Virus record (IMG/VR): IMGVR_UViG_3300048575_000428
Location: 1-53,267 of that record
DNA length: 53,267 nucleotides
Source of the DNA: a virus
Taxonomy: Duplodnaviria; Caudoviricetes
Strand: one strand, 5' to 3'
A program made the translations under genes and the position numbers. The notes under the pieces were generated by a model. That model worked only from the letters and a program-made list of their open reading frames with translations. It did no database searches and was not told where the DNA came from. Of this stretch, positions 43,762 to 52,020 are shown piece after piece. Within the stretch, counting starts at the first letter, position 1. Each line of letters opens with the position of its first letter.

Positions 43762-44177
43762 TCTACGTCGCCAGCCCCTACAGCCACACCTCCGCCGCCG
43801 TCCGCCATATCCGGCGCCGCTGGGCCGAGGCGTTCGTCTACGAGCGCTTGTCGGTCGGGCAGGCGGCAGTCTCGCCGCTCGTTTCCATGGCGCCGCTCCA
43901 CCTCGACGGGCTGGCGATGGCGTGGCGGATGCCGCCGCACGACGGCCTCGCCGCCGAGTGGCGCCGCGACCTGATGCGCCACGCGGACGCCCTCGCCCTC
44001 CTCGCCCTGTCCGGCTGGGAAACGTCCGCCGGCGTCGCGGCCGAACTGGCGTGGCGCCGCGAATTCCACCTGCCGATCGAGATCTGGTTGCCGCGCGGGT
44101 CGGTCACGACCGACGGCTTCCGCCGCGTCGCCCAAGGCGACCCCACCGACGCCGCCCTTCTGGAGGCCCTGACATGA
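43758..44177 (+). CDS. DUF1937-like (nucleoside deoxyribosyltransferase-fold) protein
   Basis: IYVASPYS, SPL, GWETSAGVAAE motifs. Confidence 0.75.
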   Translation: MIYVASPYSHTSAAVRHIRRRWAEAFVYERLSVGQAAVSPLVSMAPLHLDGLAMAWRMPPHDGLAAEWRRDLMRHADALALLALSGWETSAGVAAELAWRREFHLPIEIWLPRGSVTTDGFRRVAQGDPTDAALLEALT

Positions 44178-44575
44178 TCGTCGGATCGAACGCCATCCTC
44201 ATCAACCGCGCGAGCATCCTGCAGGCGGTGCAGCGCTGGCTCGACGCCACCGTCATGGAGAGCGTTGACCTGACCCACCTGACGATCCTGCAGGTCGACG
44301 CCACCCACGAACTGACGTCGGGCGCGCCCGAGGACCTGATCGCGCGCATCGAGTTCGTGCCGCGCCCGATCGCCGTCGAGCCCGACCACGACGTCGCCGA
44401 CGATATCCGCGCCGCGATCACCGAGCAGCGCGCCCTCGCCCGCGCGGCGTTCGCGCTCGACCCCGCCCTGTACGCCGGCCTCCCGCCGGACTGCCCCATC
44501 ATTCCGCTGGCCGAACCGCTGACCGCCGACACGGCGGCCGTCGTCGCCGCGATCCAGGAGGCGAACCATGGCTAA
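44174..44575 (+). CDS. Hypothetical protein
   Basis: GGAGG RBS, ATGA overlap. Confidence 0.7.
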   Translation: MIVGSNAILINRASILQAVQRWLDATVMESVDLTHLTILQVDATHELTSGAPEDLIARIEFVPRPIAVEPDHDVADDIRAAITEQRALARAAFALDPALYAGLPPDCPIIPLAEPLTADTAAVVAAIQEANHG

Positions 44576-45173
44576 TCTGAAGTTCTATCCGGGCGACACC
44601 GCGATGACCCGCGACGGGCGCCGCGCGACGGTCGAGAAGAGCGACGGCGGCGTGCGTGGCTGGCCGATCCGCATCTGCCTGCCGAAGGGCGGGGCCATGA
44701 CCGCGCGCCGGAGCGGTCGCACGAGCGATCTCAGGGAGATGCCCGAGGACCTGGTCGCCATCGTCGAGCGCGCCAAGCCGAAGGTATTGCCGACGAATGC
44801 CGAGGTCACCGCTGCCCCTAAGCCCGAGAAGCCGGCAAGGTCCGCGCCCGTCTTGAACCGCGTCAAAGGCGTCGGCACGCACATGCTGAACGTGCTGCCG
44901 GAATACGTCGAAGCCGCGTGCATTCTGGCGGAGGCGCTGGACGACCTGCAGATTGGCAAGGGATCGGATCGCCACACGACCGCCGCCGCGAGCATCGATT
45001 TCGCCGAGCAGGACTCGGCGTTGGCGACGCGGATGATGGGCATCGCCGGCCCCGGCTTCCAGATTATCAAGAAGACCGGCGAGGCCCGCCGCATGTTCGG
45101 CCGCGACGATCTCGCGGCCGCGCGCCTCGAGATGATCGGCGTCATCGGCTACGCGGTGCTCGCCATCATCTAA
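44568..45173 (+). CDS. Hypothetical protein with an all-alpha C-terminal domain
   Basis: AGGAGG RBS; GKGSDRH...QIIKK..E...EMIGVIGY motif. Confidence 0.75.
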   Translation: MANLKFYPGDTAMTRDGRRATVEKSDGGVRGWPIRICLPKGGAMTARRSGRTSDLREMPEDLVAIVERAKPKVLPTNAEVTAAPKPEKPARSAPVLNRVKGVGTHMLNVLPEYVEAACILAEALDDLQIGKGSDRHTTAAASIDFAEQDSALATRMMGIAGPGFQIIKKTGEARRMFGRDDLAAARLEMIGVIGYAVLAII

Positions 45174-45250
45174 ATCGACCGCAACAGCATCCCGTTCTGA
45201 CCGCCGGCGCCGCCGGCCGTCGGCGGCGCTCCCACCCATGGGAGCATGCC

Positions 45251-45397
45251 ATGCGTCATCCCGTCTTGCTCGCCATCCCGCCCCAGCCCGGCCTCATCCG
45301 CGCGACGCTCGCCGCCGCCGCGATCCTCGCCGCGCTCGCCCTCAACGCCGCCTGGCTCGACGCCGTCGCCCAGGCCTTGACCATGGTGGGTCCCTGA
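45251..45397 (+). CDS. Small single-TM protein
   Basis: GGAG RBS; hydrophobic helix. Confidence 0.5.
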   Translation: MRHPVLLAIPPQPGLIRATLAAAAILAALALNAAWLDAVAQALTMVGP

Positions 45398-45398
45398 C

Positions 45399-45968
45399 AT
45401 GCCCAGCATCGCGACCCCGAAGGACCACGACCCGCGCCAGCACTTCCACGGCTACGCCATCGTGCGCGGCGGCACGCTGTACCCGTTCGAGGGCGAGACC
45501 TACGACGTCATCGGCGTCGAGGTCCTGAAGCCCGACGGCAGCATCGCCGGCCCCTATGTTGGCGGCCACGGCCTGCCCCGCCGGCGCAACGCCGTGAAAG
45601 TCGCCGCCGGCGACGTCGCCGCCCTGGTGCCGAAGTACCCGACGCAGTCGACGGTGTTCCGGATCCTGCGGGAGCGCTCGACGATGAAGACCCGCGCCGA
45701 GCCGACGCCGACGAAGCCGCGCCGCGTGGTGCCGCGAGTGGCGCCTAGGCTGTCCGCAGTGATGTTGTGGTCGACGGTGCTCCGTGATGCAACGAATTGG
45801 CGCCTTGATTTGATCCCGCTTCGCCGGCGTGCGCCGATGCTCGGCTTTTTAGCTGCGCTGCGGTCGCTGGGCATCGTCACGGGTCACAAGTCGGCCGCGG
45901 TCGGTAAGTCGACAACGCCGATGGTCATCATCCCTCACGATCGCGCGCGGAGGCGGGCTCATGCCTGA
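45399..45968 (+). CDS. Hypothetical protein
   Basis: In the operon, overlaps the next gene. Confidence 0.65.
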   Translation: MPSIATPKDHDPRQHFHGYAIVRGGTLYPFEGETYDVIGVEVLKPDGSIAGPYVGGHGLPRRRNAVKVAAGDVAALVPKYPTQSTVFRILRERSTMKTRAEPTPTKPRRVVPRVAPRLSAVMLWSTVLRDATNWRLDLIPLRRRAPMLGFLAALRSLGIVTGHKSAAVGKSTTPMVIIPHDRARRRAHA

Positions 45969-46311
45969 CCCCGCCCTCACCTCGGCGAGCGACGGCATGG
46001 CCGAGGCGCTCGCCCGCCTCGCCCTGATCGAGGGCGATATCGCCACGCTGCTGACCGACGCGCATCGCCGCGCCGGCGAACTCTATGGCTTGACCAAGGC
46101 CGCCGCCGTCTGGCCACGCCCCGAGCGCGCGCCCGGCATCGAGCAGCTGCTGCGCGAGATGGAGGAGACGGCCGAAGGCATCGCCACCATCCCGAAACAG
46201 ATCCGCCTTCGGCTGGCGCGCCTGCAGGCCGCCCGCGCGCCCGCCGCGCAACCCGCCCCGCCGCCAGACAACAGCTTCCGGGCCCGCCACCGGGCCGACG
46301 AGAGGACGTGA
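45961..46311 (+). CDS. Hypothetical helical protein
   Basis: GGAGG RBS. Confidence 0.65.
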   Translation: MPDPALTSASDGMAEALARLALIEGDIATLLTDAHRRAGELYGLTKAAAVWPRPERAPGIEQLLREMEETAEGIATIPKQIRLRLARLQAARAPAAQPAPPPDNSFRARHRADERT

Positions 46312-46967
46312 CCATGACCGCCGCATCCGGCAACTCCCGCGCCGCCGACGAACTCATCTCCTTCCGCGATCGCTTCACCGTGCTGTTTCTGGAGCAGGAG
46401 GACTTGAACCGCCGGATCGGCGAACTGGTGACCGAGGCCAAGAGCCGCGGCTATGTCGTCAAGGCGATCAAGACGCTGGCGAAGCGCAAGCTGGAGACCG
46501 AGACGGAGCGCGCCAACCGCCGCGACTACGAGGCGCAGCTTGAACTCTACGCCATGACGACTGGCCAGGCCGAGGCGCCGCTTTCCGACGATGCGCGTCG
46601 ACGCATGAGCCCGCCCGAACCTCCGGCCGACAATGGCCCTGATCATCAGGACGATGATGCGCCGCTCGCCCCCCCGTCGGACGGCGGTCTCGGCCCGACA
46701 GAGGCCGATATCACGGCCGCACATGCCGAGGGTGGGGTCGCATTCCAAGCCGGTGCCAAGGTCACGGACAACCCCTACCCGGCAGGCGACCCGCGTCGCC
46801 GCGCCTGGGATCAGGGCTTCTGCCTGTCGTCGGGATCGGACGGCATGGATATCCCCGCGCACCTGCGCCGGCCGGAGCGCCCGAAGAAGCCGGCCGCGCC
46901 GCCGACGGAGGAACCGGCCGCGCCGGAGGAGCCGGAGGTGCAGCCGGAGCCGGAGGACGCTGAATGA
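46308..46967 (+). CDS. GapR/DUF2312-like domain fused to an Rmf/CrpP-like motif
   Basis: ADEL.SF..R...L..E.......I.E...EAKSRGY..KAI...LELY...G; AEG..A..AG....NPY......AW..GF. Confidence 0.75.
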   Translation: MTMTAASGNSRAADELISFRDRFTVLFLEQEDLNRRIGELVTEAKSRGYVVKAIKTLAKRKLETETERANRRDYEAQLELYAMTTGQAEAPLSDDARRRMSPPEPPADNGPDHQDDDAPLAPPSDGGLGPTEADITAAHAEGGVAFQAGAKVTDNPYPAGDPRRRAWDQGFCLSSGSDGMDIPAHLRRPERPKKPAAPPTEEPAAPEEPEVQPEPEDAE

Positions 46968-47908
46968 GCCCGCGTGACGTCGTCGACATGACCCCTACCC
47001 GTCTTGACCGTAGCGCCGAAGGGCAGCGCCAGGCTCTCGTGAGGGCACTCAGTGGCATCGGCGATGTGCTGATGCCGAGCGACGCCGAAGAGCCGATCTT
47101 GGCGACGGACACGCGCGCCGCTGTGTTCAATTGGCTGGCGGAACTGAATTTCCGCGTCGAACTGGCGGAGGCGAAGCTGAAGCCGCGCACGTCGGCCCTG
47201 TTCTTCGGCCCGCCCGGCTGCGGCAAGACGATGCTGGCACACCACATCGCCGCCCGGCTCGGCTTGCCCATGCTCAGCGTCGGCGCCGAGCACATGACGT
47301 CGAAGTGGGTCGGCGAAGGCTCGGAGAAGATGGCGAAGCTCTTCACCGCCATCGACGCCGCCGGGGGCAAGGCGCTCCTGTTTATCGACGAGATCGACGC
47401 CGTCGGCGTTCGGCGGTCTTCTGATGGTCAGGCGTCATCGCGCGAGCATGGCACGGTCATGACCGTCTTGCTTCGGCGGCTGGAACGATCCTCCGCCATC
47501 GTCATCGCCGCGACGAACCGCGAGGACGATCTGGACCCGGCACTGTTTCGCCGCTTCAACCTGCAGATTTCCGTCGGCTTGCCCGGCTTTGAGGAGCGGT
47601 GGGCGATCCTTCGCCACTACTTCACGCCCTATGCGCCCGACGAGGAACTCCTCGATACGCTCGCGCTCGCCACCGAGGGCACGCCGCCGTCCGTGCTGCG
47701 CCAGGTTGTCGAGACGCTGAAGCGCGCCATCGTGCTCGCCAAGCCGCTGCGCCAGCCCGTGCCGGGCTTCGCCGCTGACGCGCTCCGCCCCGTCGTCGGC
47801 GCCGTGCGGCCGCCGTCCGACTTCGGCACCCCGCCCTTGTGGGAGGCCAACGGCCTTTCCGACTTCACCGCTTTCCCTTGGCCGCCTCAGATGGACGCCG
47901 CCTCATGA
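46964..47908 (+). CDS. Classical-clade AAA ATPase
   Basis: GPPGCGKT, LFIDEID, SKWVGE pore loop, ATN...LDPALFRRF. Confidence 0.92.
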   Translation: MSPRDVVDMTPTRLDRSAEGQRQALVRALSGIGDVLMPSDAEEPILATDTRAAVFNWLAELNFRVELAEAKLKPRTSALFFGPPGCGKTMLAHHIAARLGLPMLSVGAEHMTSKWVGEGSEKMAKLFTAIDAAGGKALLFIDEIDAVGVRRSSDGQASSREHGTVMTVLLRRLERSSAIVIAATNREDDLDPALFRRFNLQISVGLPGFEERWAILRHYFTPYAPDEELLDTLALATEGTPPSVLRQVVETLKRAIVLAKPLRQPVPGFAADALRPVVGAVRPPSDFGTPPLWEANGLSDFTAFPWPPQMDAAS

Positions 47909-48177
47909 CACAGCCCCTCACCCGCCAGCCCGACGACCCCAGCGCCGGCACCAGAACGGTTTCCCCCGCCGACTACGCGGCTCACATGCGCACGCGCACC
48001 ATCATCCATAACCTTCAGTGGATCCGCGCGACGACCTCGGGGCTGACGCCTGTCGACCGCGCCATCCTCGCTGAGGCGGCTTCCCGCCTCAACAGCATCG
48101 ACCGCGACAACGTCCTGTTCGCGGTGATGGGATCCGGCCTCACCATCTTCGCGCTCTGGCTTGTGGGAGTTCTCTGA
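47905..48177 (+). CDS. Hypothetical protein with C-terminal TM helix
   Basis: Coupled to both neighbours. Confidence 0.65.
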   Translation: MTQPLTRQPDDPSAGTRTVSPADYAAHMRTRTIIHNLQWIRATTSGLTPVDRAILAEAASRLNSIDRDNVLFAVMGSGLTIFALWLVGVL

Positions 48178-48710
48178 TGTCCGGCAGCGTCAACAAGGTC
48201 ATTCTCGTCGGCAACCTCGGCGCCGATCCCGAGATCCGCCGTACCCAGGACGGCCGGCCCATCGCCAACCTACGCATCGCGACGTCGCAGAGCTGGCGCG
48301 ATCAGGCGACCGGCGAGCGCCGCGAGCGCACCGAGTGGCATCGCGTCGTCGTCTTCACCGAAGGTCTGGCCAAGATCTGCGAGCAGTACCTGAAGAAGGG
48401 CATGAAGGTCTATCTGGAAGGCCAGCTGCAAACGCGGGAATGGGACGATAACGCCGGCACCAAGCGGTACACGACGGAAATCGTGCTCGCCAGCTTCAAC
48501 GCGACGCTGACCATGCTGGACAGCCAGCGCAACGGACCGCCGCCGGCCAGCTCGCCGGAGGAGTACGGCCGCCCGTCCGGTCGCGGCGCCACCGGCGGCG
48601 GCAACGCCTACCGCAACGCCAAGGATGGCGAGGGCGGGCGCGGCGGCGGCTTTGGCGCCCCGTCGACCGGCGGCGGCGCCGGCGACATGGACGACGAGAT
48701 CCCGTTCTAA
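48177..48710 (+). CDS. ssb: Single-stranded DNA-binding protein
   Basis: SVNKVILVGNLGADPE, TEWHRV, acidic tail DDEIPF. Confidence 0.97.
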   Translation: MSGSVNKVILVGNLGADPEIRRTQDGRPIANLRIATSQSWRDQATGERRERTEWHRVVVFTEGLAKICEQYLKKGMKVYLEGQLQTREWDDNAGTKRYTTEIVLASFNATLTMLDSQRNGPPPASSPEEYGRPSGRGATGGGNAYRNAKDGEGGRGGGFGAPSTGGGAGDMDDEIPF

Positions 48711-48723
48711 AACGAGGTGCGCC

Positions 48724-49179
48724 ATGGACATCGGAACCCACGTTCGCATTCTCCGCCCCGGCTTAGTCATCGGCCACGTGCTGCCGCAAAACCGTCTCGA
48801 CGGCACCATTGATCCCGATCGACCCTCACTCATCGTCGCGATGGAAGACCGGTTCGAGCTGCGCCAGCATCGTCGGTGTGCGCGCCGTGCCAAGGGTCCG
48901 GTCATCTCCCGGGAGAGGAGCATCATTCTTCGGCTCGCGCCGAACGACCTCGAGCCGATCGTCGAGCAAACGCCCGGCCAGCCGCTCGACGTCGTCGCGG
49001 CCGCCGATGCCGGCGAGCTGCGCCACGCCATCCGCTACGCCCTGGTCGCCGACGAGGGCTTCGAGTGGCTGAAGTCCTACGCCGCCGGCGAGCCCGGCGC
49101 GTGGGAGGAGCTTGCCGCCTGGGATGGCCGCACCGATCGCCCGAAGCCCGCCACCGTCAGGGACATGACCCATGGCTGA
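48724..49179 (+). CDS. Hypothetical protein
   Basis: GAGGT RBS. Confidence 0.6.
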   Translation: MDIGTHVRILRPGLVIGHVLPQNRLDGTIDPDRPSLIVAMEDRFELRQHRRCARRAKGPVISRERSIILRLAPNDLEPIVEQTPGQPLDVVAAADAGELRHAIRYALVADEGFEWLKSYAAGEPGAWEELAAWDGRTDRPKPATVRDMTHG

Positions 49180-49444
49180 CACCAACCACCGCCGGCGGTT
49201 TTTCGCCGAGGGCTCCCAGAGCCTGAACCACATGCTGGTCGGCCTCGGCAAGGTGCCCGGCGCGACCGCCCTCGAAGCCCTCGCCGATGCCGCGCGCGGC
49301 CTGGGCGGTGCCTTCGGCGCCGCGATCCTCGACAACGCCCCCGCCGCCGAACGCGACGCCTGGCGCGATCGCATCCTCCTCGAACTGCTGCACGGCGCCG
49401 GCGACGTCATCGCCAGCGAGACCGGGAAAGGGACAGAGCCATGA
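49172..49444 (+). CDS. Hypothetical protein
   Basis: Overlapping operon gene. Confidence 0.65.
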   Translation: MADTNHRRRFFAEGSQSLNHMLVGLGKVPGATALEALADAARGLGGAFGAAILDNAPAAERDAWRDRILLELLHGAGDVIASETGKGTEP

Positions 49445-49668
49445 AACTCTCGGAGCTGATCGCCCGATATGGCGATGAAAACGTCACGTTTCAGAAGCTC
49501 GACGACTGCGTCTCGTCGTCGCAGATAACGAAGCAGGGCTCCCGGGCGACGTTTGTCACGCCCGAGAAAATCGACCTCGACGGCTTCGCCAAGCTCGGGC
49601 TGATCGTTTGGTTCGATCGTGCTCGCGTCGCCGAAATCATCGCCGCCGAGAAAGGTGGTGCCGCATGA
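49441..49668 (+). CDS. Hypothetical protein
   Basis: ATGA overlaps on both sides. Confidence 0.7.
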   Translation: MKLSELIARYGDENVTFQKLDDCVSSSQITKQGSRATFVTPEKIDLDGFAKLGLIVWFDRARVAEIIAAEKGGAA

Positions 49669-50057
49669 ACCCCGATCATTCCTCGAACATCGGAAACCCG
49701 CCGGAGCGGGTGGCGCGCCGGCATGGGACCAGCGAGGTCGATCGCCTCGCACTCGCCAAGGCGGAGATGAAGCGGGCTCGCCGGCGCACGCGGAACGCGC
49801 GCATCGCTGGCGATGACGTCATCGAGTGCGAACTGTGCTGCGAGCCGATCAGACTCGGCCAGCCCTGCCACTACGGCTTCGAAATGGTCGTCTGCGAGGC
49901 CTGCGCGCCGACCTACGAGGAGATCCGCGAGCCCGGCTTCTGGATCAACATGGACACCGGCGATCCTGTCCCGGAAGACGAGATCGAGGCACAGATCGCC
50001 GCCCATCTCGCCGCCGGCGGCAAGCTGACCGACAAGATCGTCGAGCCGAGGACCTAG
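49665..50057 (+). CDS. Zn-finger hypothetical protein
   Basis: CELC...CEAC; ATGA overlap. Confidence 0.7.
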   Translation: MNPDHSSNIGNPPERVARRHGTSEVDRLALAKAEMKRARRRTRNARIAGDDVIECELCCEPIRLGQPCHYGFEMVVCEACAPTYEEIREPGFWINMDTGDPVPEDEIEAQIAAHLAAGGKLTDKIVEPRT

Positions 50058-50059
50058 CC

Positions 50060-50704
50060 ATGACTGACCATCCCGCCCTCTTCCAGACATCCATGGTGCT
50101 AGCCATTCTGCACGACCTGAAGAACCAGACGCGCCGGGAGAAGCACCTGCGGCGATTTCGCCGCTTCGGTCGGATCAGCGAATTCGGTCGTAGCACGACC
50201 GCCGGCTATGACTGGCATTTCCGGGACCAGCAAGGGCGCTGGCAAGACCTGAAGCATGAGCAGATGCTGGCCTATCTGCCGTGGCACGTTGGCGACCGAC
50301 TGTGGGTTCGCGAGACCCTACGCCGCTCCAACAATCAGCCGGATCTGTTCGTCTACGCCGCCGGCGGTGCCCTCGTCGAGTGCGGTGGCATGAACTACCC
50401 GACGATGGTGGAAGGGCGCGGTCATGTCGCGTCGATCCACATGCCCCGCTTTGCTTCTCGCTTCACGCTGAACGTCACCAACGTCCGGATCGAGCGGTTG
50501 CAGGACATCAGCCGAGGCGATGCAATGGACGAAGGTTGCCCGTTCTCAAATATGGCGGCTGGCCCAAACCCGAGAGATTGGTATCGCGACCTTTGGGACA
50601 GCATCAACGGCGCCGGCGCCTGGGATGCCAACCCCTGGGTGCCGGCCTACACTTTTACGGTCGCGCGACGCAACATCGACGAGGCCGCCCATGCAGCCGC
50701 GTAG
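50060..50704 (+). CDS. ASCH/PUA-like phage protein
   Basis: MV.AIL...K.QTRR, GDRLWVRET, SIHMPR.ASR, ERLQDIS, W.ANPWV. Confidence 0.85.
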   Translation: MTDHPALFQTSMVLAILHDLKNQTRREKHLRRFRRFGRISEFGRSTTAGYDWHFRDQQGRWQDLKHEQMLAYLPWHVGDRLWVRETLRRSNNQPDLFVYAAGGALVECGGMNYPTMVEGRGHVASIHMPRFASRFTLNVTNVRIERLQDISRGDAMDEGCPFSNMAAGPNPRDWYRDLWDSINGAGAWDANPWVPAYTFTVARRNIDEAAHAAA

Positions 50705-51128
50705 CGCCCTCCTCGCCCTCGCCATCCTCCTCGCGGCCGCACCCGCCGAGGCCGAGACGATCTCCGGCGACCGCATCCACGTGATCGATGGTGACACCGT
50801 CGTCCTGCCGCCGATCGGCGGCGCGCGGGGTGAGCATGTCCGCCTCGTCGGCATCGACGCGCCCGAGCTGTCGCACCCGCGCTGCGCCACCGAGACCATC
50901 GCCGCCCGCGAGGCCACCGCGAAGCTGCGCCAGCTGCTCGCCGGCCAGCCGGTGACCGTCGAGCGCCACGGCCTCGACCGCTACGGGCGGACGCTCGCCC
51001 GTCTCACGACCCCCGCCGGCGACGTCGAGGATGCGATGCTCGCCGCCGGCCTCGCCCTGCCCTACGAGCCCGGCCGCGAGGCCTGGGCACGCCGGGCGGA
51101 CTACTGGTGCAAGGAGACCATGCCATGA
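50691..51128 (+). CDS. Secreted thermonuclease (SNase family)
   Basis: Signal peptide; VIDGDT, RLVGIDAPE, DRYGRTLA. Confidence 0.92.
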   Translation: MQPRSALLALAILLAAAPAEAETISGDRIHVIDGDTVVLPPIGGARGEHVRLVGIDAPELSHPRCATETIAAREATAKLRQLLAGQPVTVERHGLDRYGRTLARLTTPAGDVEDAMLAAGLALPYEPGREAWARRADYWCKETMP

Positions 51129-51775
51129 ACGACTTCGCGACGTGCAAGATCGCAGCCGAGATGCCCGAGACCGATCCGTCCGTTGCTGTGTACTTCGACT
51201 TTTCGCGCATGGACGACGCCGATGCCTTCTTCGAGATCCTCGGCAAGGCCATTGAGAACGGGTCGATCAAGATCGGTCCGCTGCAGTTCCCGCCGGCAAA
51301 GACCGTTAGTGGAGCGGCAGACGAGACGGCGCCCACCGAGCTGACGGACATCGGCGACGTGGCGCAAGATGAGCGATGGAACGCTGGCGTGGACTTTGCG
51401 CTGCACCAGCTGTGCGCGTTTCTGTCGGTTGACCCGAGTTTGGTGCAGTGGGACGGCGGCACCGAGACGGCGGAAGGCGACGTGCGCGACGTCGTTGCCA
51501 GCGTTTTCCGCAGCTATTTCGGCGACGATTGGGAGCCAGGGGACTTGTCCGACACGCATCGGGTCGACCTCCTGCAGCGCGAGTATCTCAAGGTCGACCC
51601 TTTTCCGATGCCCACGCCCGGCGGTGACGATGCAGACGTCGGCTGGCGAGTGAGCCAGTACCACATGGGCAAGCCGGCCGAGCGCGTCGTCGCCGAGGTC
51701 TATATCGATGACGTCCGGAAGGCGATTGATGCCTCCGCCAATCAAATCAATCGCGCCGCAGCGCACGAGACCTGA
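51125..51775 (+). CDS. Acidic hypothetical protein
   Basis: AAGGAG RBS; ATGA overlap. Confidence 0.7.
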   Translation: MNDFATCKIAAEMPETDPSVAVYFDFSRMDDADAFFEILGKAIENGSIKIGPLQFPPAKTVSGAADETAPTELTDIGDVAQDERWNAGVDFALHQLCAFLSVDPSLVQWDGGTETAEGDVRDVVASVFRSYFGDDWEPGDLSDTHRVDLLQREYLKVDPFPMPTPGGDDADVGWRVSQYHMGKPAERVVAEVYIDDVRKAIDASANQINRAAAHET

Positions 51776-51777
51776 CC

Positions 51778-52020
51778 ATGCCGCCTCGCCGCGCCAGCCC
51801 CTCGAAGATCCCGGAAGGCGCCTGGCCGCGCCGGATGCCGGCCGCCATGGCGGCGGGCTATTGCGGCGAGGCCTCGGTCGATGATTTCTTGTCGCGCGTG
51901 GGCACGGAATATCCCCGTCCCCGCGTCGACGAGGGCTCACGCAAGCTATGGCTAAGGGACGATCTGGACCGGGCGATCCTGCCGGAGACGCGCCCCTTCG
52001 ACGCCGCCGAGGTGTTGTGA
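51778..52020 (+). CDS. Putative excisionase (HTH)
   Basis: WPRRM.A.MAAGYCG..S...F...YPRP....RKLW.R.DLD; overlaps the integrase start. Confidence 0.7.
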   Translation: MPPRRASPSKIPEGAWPRRMPAAMAAGYCGEASVDDFLSRVGTEYPRPRVDEGSRKLWLRDDLDRAILPETRPFDAAEVL

